Positions 26,951 to 35,885 of a DNA stretch of 58,026 bases are shown piece by piece. The translations under genes were made by a program, and so were the position numbers. The stretch comes from an uncultured Bacilli bacterium. GTDB lineage: Bacteria; Bacillota_I; Bacilli_A; RF39; UBA660. The stretch lies in assembly GCA_934132925.1 (NCBI GenBank), contig CAKPAL010000001.1, positions 1 through 58,026 on the forward strand. Direction: 5' to 3'. Numbering within the stretch: position 1 is the stretch's first letter; each line of letters begins with the position of its first letter. The notes under the pieces are model-generated. The model saw only the letters and a list, made by a program, of their open reading frames with translations. It made no database searches and was not told the origin of the DNA.

Positions 26951-27913
26951 ATGAGCATATTTAATAAAATTAAAACAGTTTTTTCTAAAGATAAATCGGC
27001 AGAAAAATATGAAGAGGGTCTTGCTAAAACAAGAAAAGAGTTTTCTACGGAGTTAGCTTCTTTATCTAAAAAGTATAAGAATATTGATGATGATTATTTT
27101 GAAGAATTAGAGGATATTCTTATAATGTCTGATATTGGAGTTAATACAGTAGTTAAGTTTGTTGATAAATTAAAAAAGAGAGTTAAAGAAGAGAGTATAA
27201 AAGATACTGATACTTTAAAAGAAATAATAATAGATGAATTACTTATAATGTATGTTGATAACGGGGTACTTAAGAGTAAGATTAATTATAGTGATGAGGG
27301 TCCTACAGTAATATTATTTATTGGTGTTAATGGTGTAGGTAAAACTACTAGTATTGGTAAAATAGCAAATAAATTAAAGAAAGAGGGTAAAAAAGTTTTA
27401 TTAGTGGCTGCTGATACTTTTAGGGCAGGTGCTATAGAACAATTAAAGGAATGGGGACAAAGACTTGGTATAGAGGTTGTTAGTACAACTTCTAAAGATC
27501 CATCTGCTGCTGTATATGATGGTCTTGATAGAGGTATTAAAGGTGAATATGATGTTATTTTAATTGATACCGCTGGCAGATTACAAAATAAGGTTAATCT
27601 AATGAATGAATTAGAGAAAATGAATAATGTTATTAAGAAAGTTATTCCTAATGCTCCATCTGAAACATTACTTGTAATTGATGCTAGTTCAGGTCAAAAT
27701 GGTATTATGCAGGCTAAGGCTTTTAGTGAAGTAACTGATATTACTGGTATAGTTTTAACTAAGTTAGATGGTACTGCTAAAGGTGGAATAATATTGGCTA
27801 TAAAAGAAGAGACTAATATACCGGTTAAGTTTGTTGGACTTGGTGAAGGAGAAGATGATCTTCAGACTTTTGATATAGAGAAATATATTTATGGTTTATT
27901 TAAAGATTTATAA
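26951..27913 (+). CDS. ftsY: signal recognition particle receptor FtsY
   Basis: Motifs GVNGVGKTTSIGK, DTAGR, TKLDGTAKGG and GLGEGEDDL. Confidence 0.95.
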   Translation: MSIFNKIKTVFSKDKSAEKYEEGLAKTRKEFSTELASLSKKYKNIDDDYFEELEDILIMSDIGVNTVVKFVDKLKKRVKEESIKDTDTLKEIIIDELLIMYVDNGVLKSKINYSDEGPTVILFIGVNGVGKTTSIGKIANKLKKEGKKVLLVAADTFRAGAIEQLKEWGQRLGIEVVSTTSKDPSAAVYDGLDRGIKGEYDVILIDTAGRLQNKVNLMNELEKMNNVIKKVIPNAPSETLLVIDASSGQNGIMQAKAFSEVTDITGIVLTKLDGTAKGGIILAIKEETNIPVKFVGLGEGEDDLQTFDIEKYIYGLFKDL

Positions 27914-27934
27914 GAAGGGAAAGGGAGATTAATT

Positions 27935-28237
27935 ATGAAGAAAGAAAAGAAGAAGAAAGAAGAGAAGTATAAATTAGTAGACTCTGTAAAATTAAGGAAG
28001 ATAGAGATATCTATAACGGCAATAGTGGGAGTAATATTTTTAGTATTACTAATATTATCTATGACTAATGTTGTTTATTTACCTGCTACTTTAATTTCAT
28101 TTGCTTTATTTTTGTTTTGTATTTGCTATTACTACATTGAAGATGAATCAAAAAAGAAATTAGTATATATATTATTTTCTTTAGGTGTTATTTTGATAAT
28201 AGTGGAAGTTATATATACTTTGGTTAAGATAAGATAA
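27935..28237 (+). CDS. small membrane protein, unknown function
   Basis: 100 aa with a K/E-rich N-terminus and three hydrophobic helices. RBS GGGAGA. Confidence 0.5.
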   Translation: MKKEKKKKEEKYKLVDSVKLRKIEISITAIVGVIFLVLLILSMTNVVYLPATLISFALFLFCICYYYIEDESKKKLVYILFSLGVILIIVEVIYTLVKIR

Positions 28238-28530
28238 TGGATGAAAGAGAATATTTAATTATTTTATATGACTTCTATGGTGAATTATTAAGTGATAAAC
28301 AAAGAGAGTATTTTGAAGATTATTATTTTAATAATTTATCATTAGGAGAAATTAGTGAAAATGAAGATGTAAGTAGGAATGCAGTACATAAGAGTATTAA
28401 AAAAGTAGAGAGTGAATTACATAATTATGAAGAAAAGTTAGGTCTATATAAGAGGGCTGAAGAACTAGATGTTATTGCTAATGAAATAAAAGATGAAGAT
28501 TTAAAAGAAAGAATAAAAAATATATTGTAG
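28237..28530 (+). CDS. ylxM: UPF0122/YlxM-family putative helix-turn-helix protein
   Basis: YDFYGELLSDKQREYFEDYYFNNLSLGEISENEDVSRNAVHKSIKK is typical of YlxM. TAATG overlap with the upstream gene. Confidence 0.85.
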   Translation: MDEREYLIILYDFYGELLSDKQREYFEDYYFNNLSLGEISENEDVSRNAVHKSIKKVESELHNYEEKLGLYKRAEELDVIANEIKDEDLKERIKNIL

Positions 28531-28540
28531 GGGAGATATT

Positions 28541-28684
28541 ATGACAAATAGAAAATATAAGATGTATTATGATTATCGTAAAAGAACAAGTGGTGGTTTT
28601 TTGGATGCAATATTTTTATCTGGAATGATGCTTAGTGGTTTGATATTAATACTTCTTTCAATAGCGGGTGGTATACATGGATAG
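28541..28684 (+). CDS. 47-aa membrane peptide candidate (not in ORF track)
   Basis: ATG after GGGGAGA. Translation MTNRKYKMYYDYRKRTSGGFLDAIFLSGMMLSGLILILLSIAGGIHG. Its stop overlaps the start of the next gene by 8 nt. Confidence 0.4.
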   Translation: MTNRKYKMYYDYRKRTSGGFLDAIFLSGMMLSGLILILLSIAGGIHG

Positions 28685-29561
28685 TATATTAGAAAGGTTT
28701 TCAGATAATTTAACTGATGTTAAATATATAACTAATCCTGCTATTGCGAGGGATGAAGAAATTAAAAAATTAATACTAGTTCTTTTAACACCAGAAAAAT
28801 CAGCAGTATTAGTTGGTAAACCAGGTATTGGTAAAACTGCTATTGTAGAGGGATTAGCATATAGAATACAAAGGCATGAGGTGCCTAATGCTTTAGATGG
28901 TTATACTATTTATAGAGTTAATACAACAGCATTGCTTACTAATAATGGTGAAGAGAATAGGGTATTAAAATTAGTAGAAGAATTAAAAGAAAAAGATAAA
29001 GTTATTCTTTTCATTGATGAAATTCATACTTTAATTGGATCTGGTTCTTTGGATTTAGCTAATATGTTTAAAGAAGGTTTAAGTAGGGGTACTATTAAAA
29101 TGATTGGTGCTACTACTACTGATGAGTATGAGAGATATATTTTAAGAGATAAGGCTTTTTTAAGAAGATTTGAAAAGGTTGATGTATCTGAACCTACTGA
29201 AAAGATGACTGTTGAAATACTTTTGAAGACATTACCTAAGTTAGAACAGCAGACAGGAGTAGTTCTTCCTTATACTGATTTTATTAATGAAAAGATTATG
29301 AAGTTTATTGTTAATATGACTACTGAATATAAGAGAGTATATGAAATATCTTCTAGATATCCGGATATTGCTTTAGTAATTCTTAGACAATGTTTTTCTA
29401 ATGCTATTTATGATAATAGAAAAACTATAGATTTTAAAAATATTTATGATGCTATTAGAACTACTAAGGCTGTATATCCTGATGTTATTAAAAAAGAGTT
29501 AGTTAAATTTAAAGAAGTATTTAGTGAAGAATTAAAAGAAGAAAATATTGATATTGAATAA
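28677..29561 (+). CDS. stand-alone Clp/Hsp100 D1-type AAA+ ATPase domain protein
   Basis: I prefer the ATG at 28677 (RBS GGGTGG). Walker A VGKPGIGKTAIVEGLAYRI, Walker B ILFIDEIHTLIGSGS, and LRRFEKVDVSEPT. There is no N-domain, M-domain or D2. Confidence 0.8.
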   Translation: MDSILERFSDNLTDVKYITNPAIARDEEIKKLILVLLTPEKSAVLVGKPGIGKTAIVEGLAYRIQRHEVPNALDGYTIYRVNTTALLTNNGEENRVLKLVEELKEKDKVILFIDEIHTLIGSGSLDLANMFKEGLSRGTIKMIGATTTDEYERYILRDKAFLRRFEKVDVSEPTEKMTVEILLKTLPKLEQQTGVVLPYTDFINEKIMKFIVNMTTEYKRVYEISSRYPDIALVILRQCFSNAIYDNRKTIDFKNIYDAIRTTKAVYPDVIKKELVKFKEVFSEELKEENIDIE

Positions 29562-29578
29562 TTTTATACTAGATTAGT

Positions 29579-29605
29579 AAGAGGATACGAGAGTATCTTC
29601 TTTTA
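29579..29605 (+). terminator. rho-independent terminator
   Basis: AAGAGGATAC-gaga-GTATCTTCTT (10 bp including one G-U pair), T-rich 3' side. Confidence 0.55.
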
Positions 29606-29614
29606 CTATATATA

Positions 29615-29690
29615 ATATCTTATGATTGTTTATGAATAGACTATAATAGGCTATTCATAACAAGATAAGACTTAAATAAGGCTTATCTTG
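29615..29690 (+). repeat. two-hairpin intergenic element, copy A (upstream of murE)
   Basis: ATATCTTATGATT, then hairpin 1 TTATGAATAG/CTATTCATAA, then hairpin 2 CAAGATAAG/CTTATCTTG. A TTCACTTTAAATATAA tail follows ~25 nt later. Its homolog is at 34704-34771. Confidence 0.6.
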
Positions 29691-29771
29691 AATAAAAAGT
29701 GTAAAATAATTGGATATTCACTTTAAATATAATAAAAAATATAATATAATAATAATGAGAGGTGTAAAATA

Positions 29772-31229
29772 ATGAAGTTAGATAAATTACTACAAAATAT
29801 AGAATATAAGGTAATAAAGGGAAGTCTTGATAAAGAGATAACTGGTTTATATTATGATTCTAGAAAGGTAACTAATTCTTCAGCTTTTGTTTGTTTAACT
29901 GGTTCTTTAGTAGATGGACATGATTATATAGGAACTGCTACTGAAAAGGGAGCTACAGTTATATTTGTTGAGAAAGATGTTCAGGTAGAAGAAGATGTTA
30001 CAGTAATAAAATTAGAAAGTACAAGAAAGAGTTTATCACAACTTGCAATTAATTATTTTGATAATCCAGCAAGTAAACTTACTATGATAGGTATTACTGG
30101 TACTAAAGGTAAGACTACTACATCATGGATGATTAAGAATATTATGGAAGAGGCTGGTTATAAAACGGGTGTTATTGGAACAATGGGTATTTTTATTGGG
30201 GATACTCATTATGAAACGGTTAATACTACTCCAGAAAGTTATGATATTCAAAAGTATCTGAGAGAAATGGTAGATAAAGGTGTAGAATATGCTATTATGG
30301 AAGTTTCTTCTCAGGCGTTAAAAGTTGGTAGAGTAGAAGGAATGATGTTTGATTATGGTGTATTTACTAATTTAACAAGAGATCATATTGGTGAAGGAGA
30401 ACATGAAAATATGGAAGATTATATTTATTGTAAAAGTCTTCTATTTCAAAGATGTCGTCATGGTATATTAAATATCGATGATTCACATTATGATGATATG
30501 ATAAAGAATAGTACTTGTGATATTCATACTTTTGGTAAAGATAAAAATGCTACATTAGTTATTGATAATATTAATTTATTAAGAAAAGAACATTTTATTG
30601 GTTTAGAGTTAACTACTAAAGGTTTACTTAATGATACTTTTTTAGTTAATACTCCAGGTGAGTTTTCAGCTTATAATGCAATATCCGCTATACTTACTAC
30701 TACTTTGATTGGTATACCAGTAGAGGATATTAAAAAGGCTCTTGCTAAAGTTGCTGTTAAGGGTAGGGTTGAGATTGTACCAGTATCTAGTAGATATACA
30801 GTTATGATTGATTATGCTCATAATGGTGTATCGATGGAAAGTATTTTAGAAACGATGAGAGCTTATCATCCTAAGAGAATTGTATCACTATTTGGATGTG
30901 GTGGTAATAGAAGTAAGGACAGAAGATATGATATGGGTGAAATATCTGGTCGATTAGCAGATTTTACTATCGTTACTGAAGATAATTCTAGATATGAGGA
31001 TATTAATGATATTATGAATGATATTGAAATTGGTTTGAAGAAAACTAATGGTAAATATATTAAGATAGCGGATAGAAAGGCTGCTATTAAGTATGCTATT
31101 GATCATGCTGAAGAAGGGGATATTATTCTTTTATTAGGTAAAGGTCATGAGACATATAGGGAGATAAATGGGGTTAGAGAACATTTAGATGAAAGAGAAG
31201 TAATTAAAGATATAATGGATAATAAATAG
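29772..31229 (+). CDS. murE: UDP-N-acetylmuramoyl-L-alanyl-D-glutamate ligase MurE (added amino acid not assignable by eye)
   Basis: Motifs GITGTKGKTT, MEVSSQAL, DYAHN and GCGGNRSKDRR. Confidence 0.9.
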   Translation: MKLDKLLQNIEYKVIKGSLDKEITGLYYDSRKVTNSSAFVCLTGSLVDGHDYIGTATEKGATVIFVEKDVQVEEDVTVIKLESTRKSLSQLAINYFDNPASKLTMIGITGTKGKTTTSWMIKNIMEEAGYKTGVIGTMGIFIGDTHYETVNTTPESYDIQKYLREMVDKGVEYAIMEVSSQALKVGRVEGMMFDYGVFTNLTRDHIGEGEHENMEDYIYCKSLLFQRCRHGILNIDDSHYDDMIKNSTCDIHTFGKDKNATLVIDNINLLRKEHFIGLELTTKGLLNDTFLVNTPGEFSAYNAISAILTTTLIGIPVEDIKKALAKVAVKGRVEIVPVSSRYTVMIDYAHNGVSMESILETMRAYHPKRIVSLFGCGGNRSKDRRYDMGEISGRLADFTIVTEDNSRYEDINDIMNDIEIGLKKTNGKYIKIADRKAAIKYAIDHAEEGDIILLLGKGHETYREINGVREHLDEREVIKDIMDNK

Positions 31230-31253
31230 AATAGAAGAAAGGAAGAGATAATT

Positions 31254-32510
31254 ATGTTACCATTAAAAAGAGCAAACATCTTATTACCTAAAGATGTAGA
31301 CATGACTAAATGGTCAGTAGTAGCTTGTGATCAATATACAAGTGAACCTGAGTATTGGAAAGAGGTAGAAAAGGAAGTTGGTAGTAGTCCTTCAACTTTA
31401 AATTTAATTTTACCAGAGTTATATTTGGAAGATACTGATGTTGAGGATAGAATTAAAAAAATTAATAAGACAATGGAAGAATATTTAGATGAAAGTATTT
31501 TTAATGAGTATAAAGATACAATGATATATCTAGAGAGAACACAGAAAGATGGAAAAGTAAGAGAAGGATTAATGGCAATGGTCGATTTGGAAGACTATTC
31601 TTATGAGAAGGGTTCACAGACTTTAATTAGAGCTACTGAAAAAACTGTTATTGAGAGGATTCCTCCTAGGTTAAAAGTAAGAGAAAATGCTTCTTTAGAA
31701 CTTCCTCATATTATGATTTTAATCGATGATGAGAAGAAAAATATTATTGAAAGTTTAAAAGATAAGGTTACTAGTGATGATGTGGTTTATGACTTTGATT
31801 TGATGGAAAATGGTGGTCATATTAAGGGTTATAAATTAAGTGATGAGGTAATTAATGGTATTGAAAGTGGTTTAGAAAGCTTGATGGATAAGGATTACTT
31901 TGAAAAGAAATATAATGTTAAAAATAAGGGTGTTTTATTATTTGCTATGGGCGATGGTAATCATTCACTTGCCACTGCTAAAGCTAATTATGAGAATTTA
32001 AAGAAGACTATGAGCGAAGAGGAATATTTAAATAATCCTGCTAGATATGCTTTAGTAGAGGTTGTTAATTTACATAGTCCAGCTTTAGAGTTTGAACCAA
32101 TTCATAGAGTTATCTTTAATACTGATGTTAATAATTTAGTAGAGGAATTACATAAGTATTATGATATTAATGAAGATGGTGATGGTGAATATTTTGAATT
32201 AGTTACTAAAGATTTTGATAAGAGACTATATATTTCTAATCCTAAATCTAATATTGCTGTTGGTTCTATTCAAATGTTTTTAGATGATTATTTAAAAGAT
32301 CATAGTGGTAAACTTGATTATATTCATGGTGATGAAACTACTAGAAGTATGGGTAGTGAAGAAGGTAATGTTGGTATTTTATTTGAGGCTATGCCTAAAG
32401 AAGAACTATTTAGAACAGTTATTTTAGATGGTGCTTTGCCTAGAAAAACTTTTTCTATGGGCCATAGTTATGATAAGAGGTATTATTTAGAGGCTAGAAA
32501 GATAAAATAA
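31254..32510 (+). CDS. DUF1015-family protein
   Basis: 418 aa with VACDQYTSEP, GDGNHSLATAK and EPIHRV motifs typical of DUF1015. Confidence 0.75.
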   Translation: MLPLKRANILLPKDVDMTKWSVVACDQYTSEPEYWKEVEKEVGSSPSTLNLILPELYLEDTDVEDRIKKINKTMEEYLDESIFNEYKDTMIYLERTQKDGKVREGLMAMVDLEDYSYEKGSQTLIRATEKTVIERIPPRLKVRENASLELPHIMILIDDEKKNIIESLKDKVTSDDVVYDFDLMENGGHIKGYKLSDEVINGIESGLESLMDKDYFEKKYNVKNKGVLLFAMGDGNHSLATAKANYENLKKTMSEEEYLNNPARYALVEVVNLHSPALEFEPIHRVIFNTDVNNLVEELHKYYDINEDGDGEYFELVTKDFDKRLYISNPKSNIAVGSIQMFLDDYLKDHSGKLDYIHGDETTRSMGSEEGNVGILFEAMPKEELFRTVILDGALPRKTFSMGHSYDKRYYLEARKIK

Positions 32511-32527
32511 CTTAAGAATTTATTAAG

Positions 32528-32559
32528 AAAAAATTAACTGATATTGGTTAATTTTTTTT
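32528..32559 (+). terminator. rho-independent terminator
   Basis: AAAAAATTAAC - 8-nt loop - GTTAATTTTTT with a continuing T-run. Confidence 0.7.
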
Positions 32560-32596
32560 GGTATTTGTGATATACTTGTAGTAGGAGAGGTGCGAA

Positions 32597-33313
32597 ATGA
32601 AAAAAATTAATGTATTATTTATTATTGTAGGTATTATTTCTTTTTTGGTAGCGGGTTATATTATTACGGATAAGATATTGGCAAGAAATATTAATGTAGA
32701 GATAGATGAAGAGAAAGAACTTGGGACCGCTAATGAATATTTGGCAAAAATTGGTTCTCCACTTGGATGGCTTATTGTTAAAGAGGGTATCGATATGCAG
32801 GATGATAATGGTAAGTATAAGCCTAGATATAATTATGATTATTTAAATAGTATAGAAAATAAACAATTATTTACGATGGAATATATTTTAAGTTATCCGG
32901 ATAATGAGAGTCAGTTTGTAGTGTTATCAGCGGGTGATTATGAAAAGATTGATGTATTTCCTACTGGGGATTTTACATTGGCTTATTTAGACTATAAATC
33001 TTTTAATGAATATTATAGTGAATTATTTGGTAAGAATTTTAATATTGATAAGGCTAAAAAGGGTAATACTAAGTATGATAAGGATTATGTTTATTATGAT
33101 AATAGACGTCCTGGTAGTAATGGTGTATATGTTTCTATGATTACTAGTGATAAGGTTTGGTATAAGAATGGTGAGTATATTGCTAATGTTAAGGTAACTT
33201 ATAGTACTAGATTAGTGGACATTACTGGTGTAAGTGATAGTACTGGTATTGTTACTTATACTAAGAATAGTGATAATGCTATTATATTAAGGTCATTTAT
33301 ATTAGAGAAGTAA
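32597..33313 (+). CDS. membrane-anchored extracytoplasmic protein, unknown function
   Basis: 238 aa with an N-terminal TM. RBS GGAGAGGTG. No recognised motifs. Confidence 0.5.
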   Translation: MKKINVLFIIVGIISFLVAGYIITDKILARNINVEIDEEKELGTANEYLAKIGSPLGWLIVKEGIDMQDDNGKYKPRYNYDYLNSIENKQLFTMEYILSYPDNESQFVVLSAGDYEKIDVFPTGDFTLAYLDYKSFNEYYSELFGKNFNIDKAKKGNTKYDKDYVYYDNRRPGSNGVYVSMITSDKVWYKNGEYIANVKVTYSTRLVDITGVSDSTGIVTYTKNSDNAIILRSFILEK

Positions 33314-33326
33314 TTCTCTTTTTTCT
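33304..33326 (+). terminator. short terminator candidate
   Basis: AGAGAA-gtaa-TTCTCT followed by T6. Confidence 0.45.
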
Positions 33327-33327
33327 A

Positions 33328-33356
33328 TTGTAAATATATTTGTTTTATGGTAAACT
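33328..33356 (+). promoter_or_regulatory. promoter candidate for the leader ORF and TasA-like gene
   Basis: TTGTAA - 17 nt (ending in TGg) - TAAACT. Confidence 0.45.
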
Positions 33357-33389
33357 TAATTTGTAAGGTAAAGAGAGGAGGACCCCTTC

Positions 33390-33488
33390 ATGATAAACAA
33401 TAATGTTAATTTAAATAGATTAAGCAATATTAACCACAAGTTAACTCAAAATTATAAAATGGGGGGGGGGTTGTTTATCTTATTATAA
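33390..33488 (+). CDS. 32-aa leader-type ORF containing the G10 tract (not in ORF track)
   Basis: Very strong RBS AGAGGAGG 6 nt upstream. Translation MINNNVNLNRLSNINHKLTQNYKMGGGLFILL; the GGG codons come from the G10 run. Confidence 0.4.
   Translation: MINNNVNLNRLSNINHKLTQNYKMGGGLFILL
33461..33470 (+). repeat. G10 homopolymer tract
   Basis: Ten consecutive G at 33461-33470. It is the only long G/C run I saw in this AT-rich window. Confidence 0.95.
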
Positions 33489-33514
33489 ATAAAAGAAATA
33501 TAGATAAAATAATT

Positions 33515-33567
33515 AAAGACTATGAAATAACTAATAGAAATATTAGTAATTTTTCATAGTCTTTTTG
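33515..33567 (+). terminator. long bipartite hairpin: terminator or attenuator upstream of the TasA-like gene
   Basis: AAAGACTATGAAA (33515-33527) pairs perfectly with TTTCATAGTCTTT (33552-33564). An inner ACTAATA-gaaa-TATTAGT stem sits in the loop. A T-run follows, then RBS GGAGG at 33572. Confidence 0.65.
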
Positions 33568-33583
33568 TAATGGAGGTAAGTAT

Positions 33584-34642
33584 ATGGAAAAAGAAAAGAA
33601 GTTTATGATAATTGGAGTATTTATATTATTAATAACTTTAGTAGGAGCAGCAGGAACTTATGCTTGGTTTACTTGGAGTAGTACTAGTAATACTAATTTA
33701 ACTATGTCAATTGGAGCATCATCTGATGTAATATTTAAAACTGGTAATGATATAAGTACTAATAAATTAGCACCAGTATTTAATTATACTGATGGAGAAA
33801 AAACTAGTTTTACTATAACTAATAAAAGTACTACTAGTTTTAGTTATAGAATATCATTAAATATTACTAGTATTGATAATGAATTAAAGAATAGTACATT
33901 AAAATATAAACTAGTATCAAATAATACTACAATAACTGAAGGAGACTTTAGTAATATTGAAAATACTAATAAGTTATATGAAGGAGAATTATCTAAAGGT
34001 AATATTAGTTATATCTTTTATCTATATATTAATGGCAATGAAGAAAATGATCTTAATATGATAAATAAATCACTAGTTGGTACAATAACAGTAGCAGAAG
34101 CAACTGCTACATATGAGTTAACTAATGAAGATGGTACTACTTATACACCATCATATAATGGTTATGGGTCAAAAGTGGTTAAATCAAGTGCGCCTCTTAG
34201 TAAATTTAAAGAAGTAAAAGTAGATGGAGTAACTGTAGATAGTTCTAACTATACATTAACAGAAGGATCGACAATAGTTACCTTTAAAGAATCTTATCTT
34301 AAAACATTAAGTGAGGGAGAACATACATTCAAGATAATATCTAATGATGGCTTTGCTTCAGGTAAAATAACTATTAAGAATGTTAAATTAATTGAATTTA
34401 AGGTTTCTTTAGATGTACAAACTGATAGTTTTAAAGCAGAAGATGGTATGACTTGGAAACAATTTATAAACTCTAGTTATAATGTTGATAGTAGATTTAA
34501 AATAGTTGATGGGAAGGCGGAAGATACAATTGTTCAAATGGCACCATTGGCCCCTTTTTATATTAATATTAATGAGGATGATTTGATTATTAATGAAGGT
34601 CATTATTATAGCGTTAATGGTAAAGTTTATACTTCAAGTTGA
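33584..34642 (+). CDS. TasA/camelysin-like secreted protein with a SipW-type signal peptide
   Basis: N-terminus ...LITLVGAAGTYAWFTWSS resembles the SipW-cognate signal class (G-T-aromatic-A-x-F). The rest is a beta-rich N/T/S-rich body. Confidence 0.55.
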   Translation: MEKEKKFMIIGVFILLITLVGAAGTYAWFTWSSTSNTNLTMSIGASSDVIFKTGNDISTNKLAPVFNYTDGEKTSFTITNKSTTSFSYRISLNITSIDNELKNSTLKYKLVSNNTTITEGDFSNIENTNKLYEGELSKGNISYIFYLYINGNEENDLNMINKSLVGTITVAEATATYELTNEDGTTYTPSYNGYGSKVVKSSAPLSKFKEVKVDGVTVDSSNYTLTEGSTIVTFKESYLKTLSEGEHTFKIISNDGFASGKITIKNVKLIEFKVSLDVQTDSFKAEDGMTWKQFINSSYNVDSRFKIVDGKAEDTIVQMAPLAPFYININEDDLIINEGHYYSVNGKVYTSS

Positions 34643-34659
34643 TACGATGGTATCTTTTT
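34641..34659 (+). terminator. short terminator candidate
   Basis: GATAC-gatg-GTATC followed by T5. It resembles the core of the hairpin at 29584. Confidence 0.4.
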
Positions 34660-34703
34660 AAATAGAGGAAAATAGGAGTTAGAAAGTATTCACTGTGAAT
34701 ATG

Positions 34704-34771
34704 ATATCTTATGATTATTTATGAATAGATTATAGGCTATTCATAAGAAGAAAAGATGATGGCTTTTCTTC
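34704..34771 (+). repeat. two-hairpin intergenic element, copy B (upstream of rpsB)
   Basis: ATATCTTATGATT, then hairpin 1 TTATGAATAG/CTATTCATAA (identical arms to copy A), then hairpin 2 GAAGAAAAG/CTTTTCTTC. A TTCACTTTTAAATATAA tail follows. Confidence 0.6.
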
Positions 34772-34941
34772 ACTTTTAAATATAAAATATAGTAAAATTG
34801 TTTACTTATTTGGCATAATATGATAATATATATATGGCTTTTCAAAAAATATACACAAGTATTGATTTAATTATCCTAGTGCCTTATGGTGGATGTTAGA
34901 GAAGAGATATTTGGAAGCAAAACGAAAGGAGAGTGTTTAAT

Positions 34942-35874
34942 ATGACAGTAGTATCAATGAGCTATTTGTTAGAAGCAGGAGTTCACTTTGGTCATCAAAC
35001 TAAAAGATGGAATCCTAAAATGAAAGAGTATATTTATAACTCTAGAGATGATATTTATATCATAGACTTACAAAAGACAGTTGCTAAAATAGAAGAAGCT
35101 TATGAAGCTTTAAATAAAATTGCCGCTGATGGAGGAAAAGTTCTATATGTTGGAACTAAGAAACAAGCACAAGAAGTATGTAAAGAAGAAGCTGAAAGAA
35201 GTAATATGTATTATATGACTGAAAGATGGTTAGGTGGTACATTAACTAACTTTAGAACTATCAGAAGAAGAGTAAATCGTCTTGAAGAAATTGAAAAGAT
35301 GGAAAAAGATGGTACTTTTGATAGATTACCTAAGAAAGAAGTAGTAGGACTTAAGAAGGAATATGAAAAGTTAAATAAAAACTTATGTGGTATTAGAGAA
35401 ATGACTAAATTACCTCAAGCTATTATTATTGTAGATTCTACTAAAGAATATAATGCAATAAGAGAAGCTAAAAAGTTAGGTATTCCAGTATTTGGTCTTA
35501 TCGACACTAATTGTGATCCTGATGATGTAGATTATGTACTTCCTGGAAATGATGATGCTGTAAGAAGTATTAAAGTTGTACTTGGTTCTTTAACTAATGC
35601 TATTATTGAAGCTAATGGTGGAACAATTGTTGATTATGTAAGTGAAGATGATAAAAAACCTTCTAAAGAAAAATCTTTTGCTAAAAGGGATAAAAAAGAA
35701 GTAAAAGAAGATAAAGAAGAAAAGTCTGTTATTGTAGAAGATAATGAAGATGAAAAGCCAGAATTAGATTTAAATATCTTAACAGTAACTGAACTTAGAG
35801 ACCTTGCTAAGAAAAGAGAAATTAAAGGTTACTCTAAAATGAAAAAAGAAGAATTAATTGAAAATTTAAAATAA
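34942..35874 (+). CDS. rpsB: 30S ribosomal protein S2 with a C-terminal K/E-rich linker and Rho_N/SAP-like extension
   Basis: I prefer the ATG at 34942 (RBS AAAGGAGAG). [19 protein letters not shown] and [11 protein letters not shown] are present. About 75 extra C-terminal residues end in [30 protein letters not shown]. Confidence 0.95.
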   Translation: MTVVSMSYLLEAGVHFGHQTKRWNPKMKEYIYNSRDDIYIIDLQKTVAKIEEAYEALNKIAADGGKVLYVGTKKQAQEVCKEEAERSNMYYMTERWLGGTLTNFRTIRRRVNRLEEIEKMEKDGTFDRLPKKEVVGLKKEYEKLNKNLCGIREMTKLPQAIIIVDSTKEYNAIREAKKLGIPVFGLIDTNCDPDDVDYVLPGNDDAVRSIKVVLGSLTNAIIEANGGTIVDYVSEDDKKPSKEKSFAKRDKKEVKEDKEEKSVIVEDNEDEKPELDLNILTVTELRDLAKKREIKGYSKMKKEELIENLK

Positions 35875-35885
35875 GGAGGAATACT

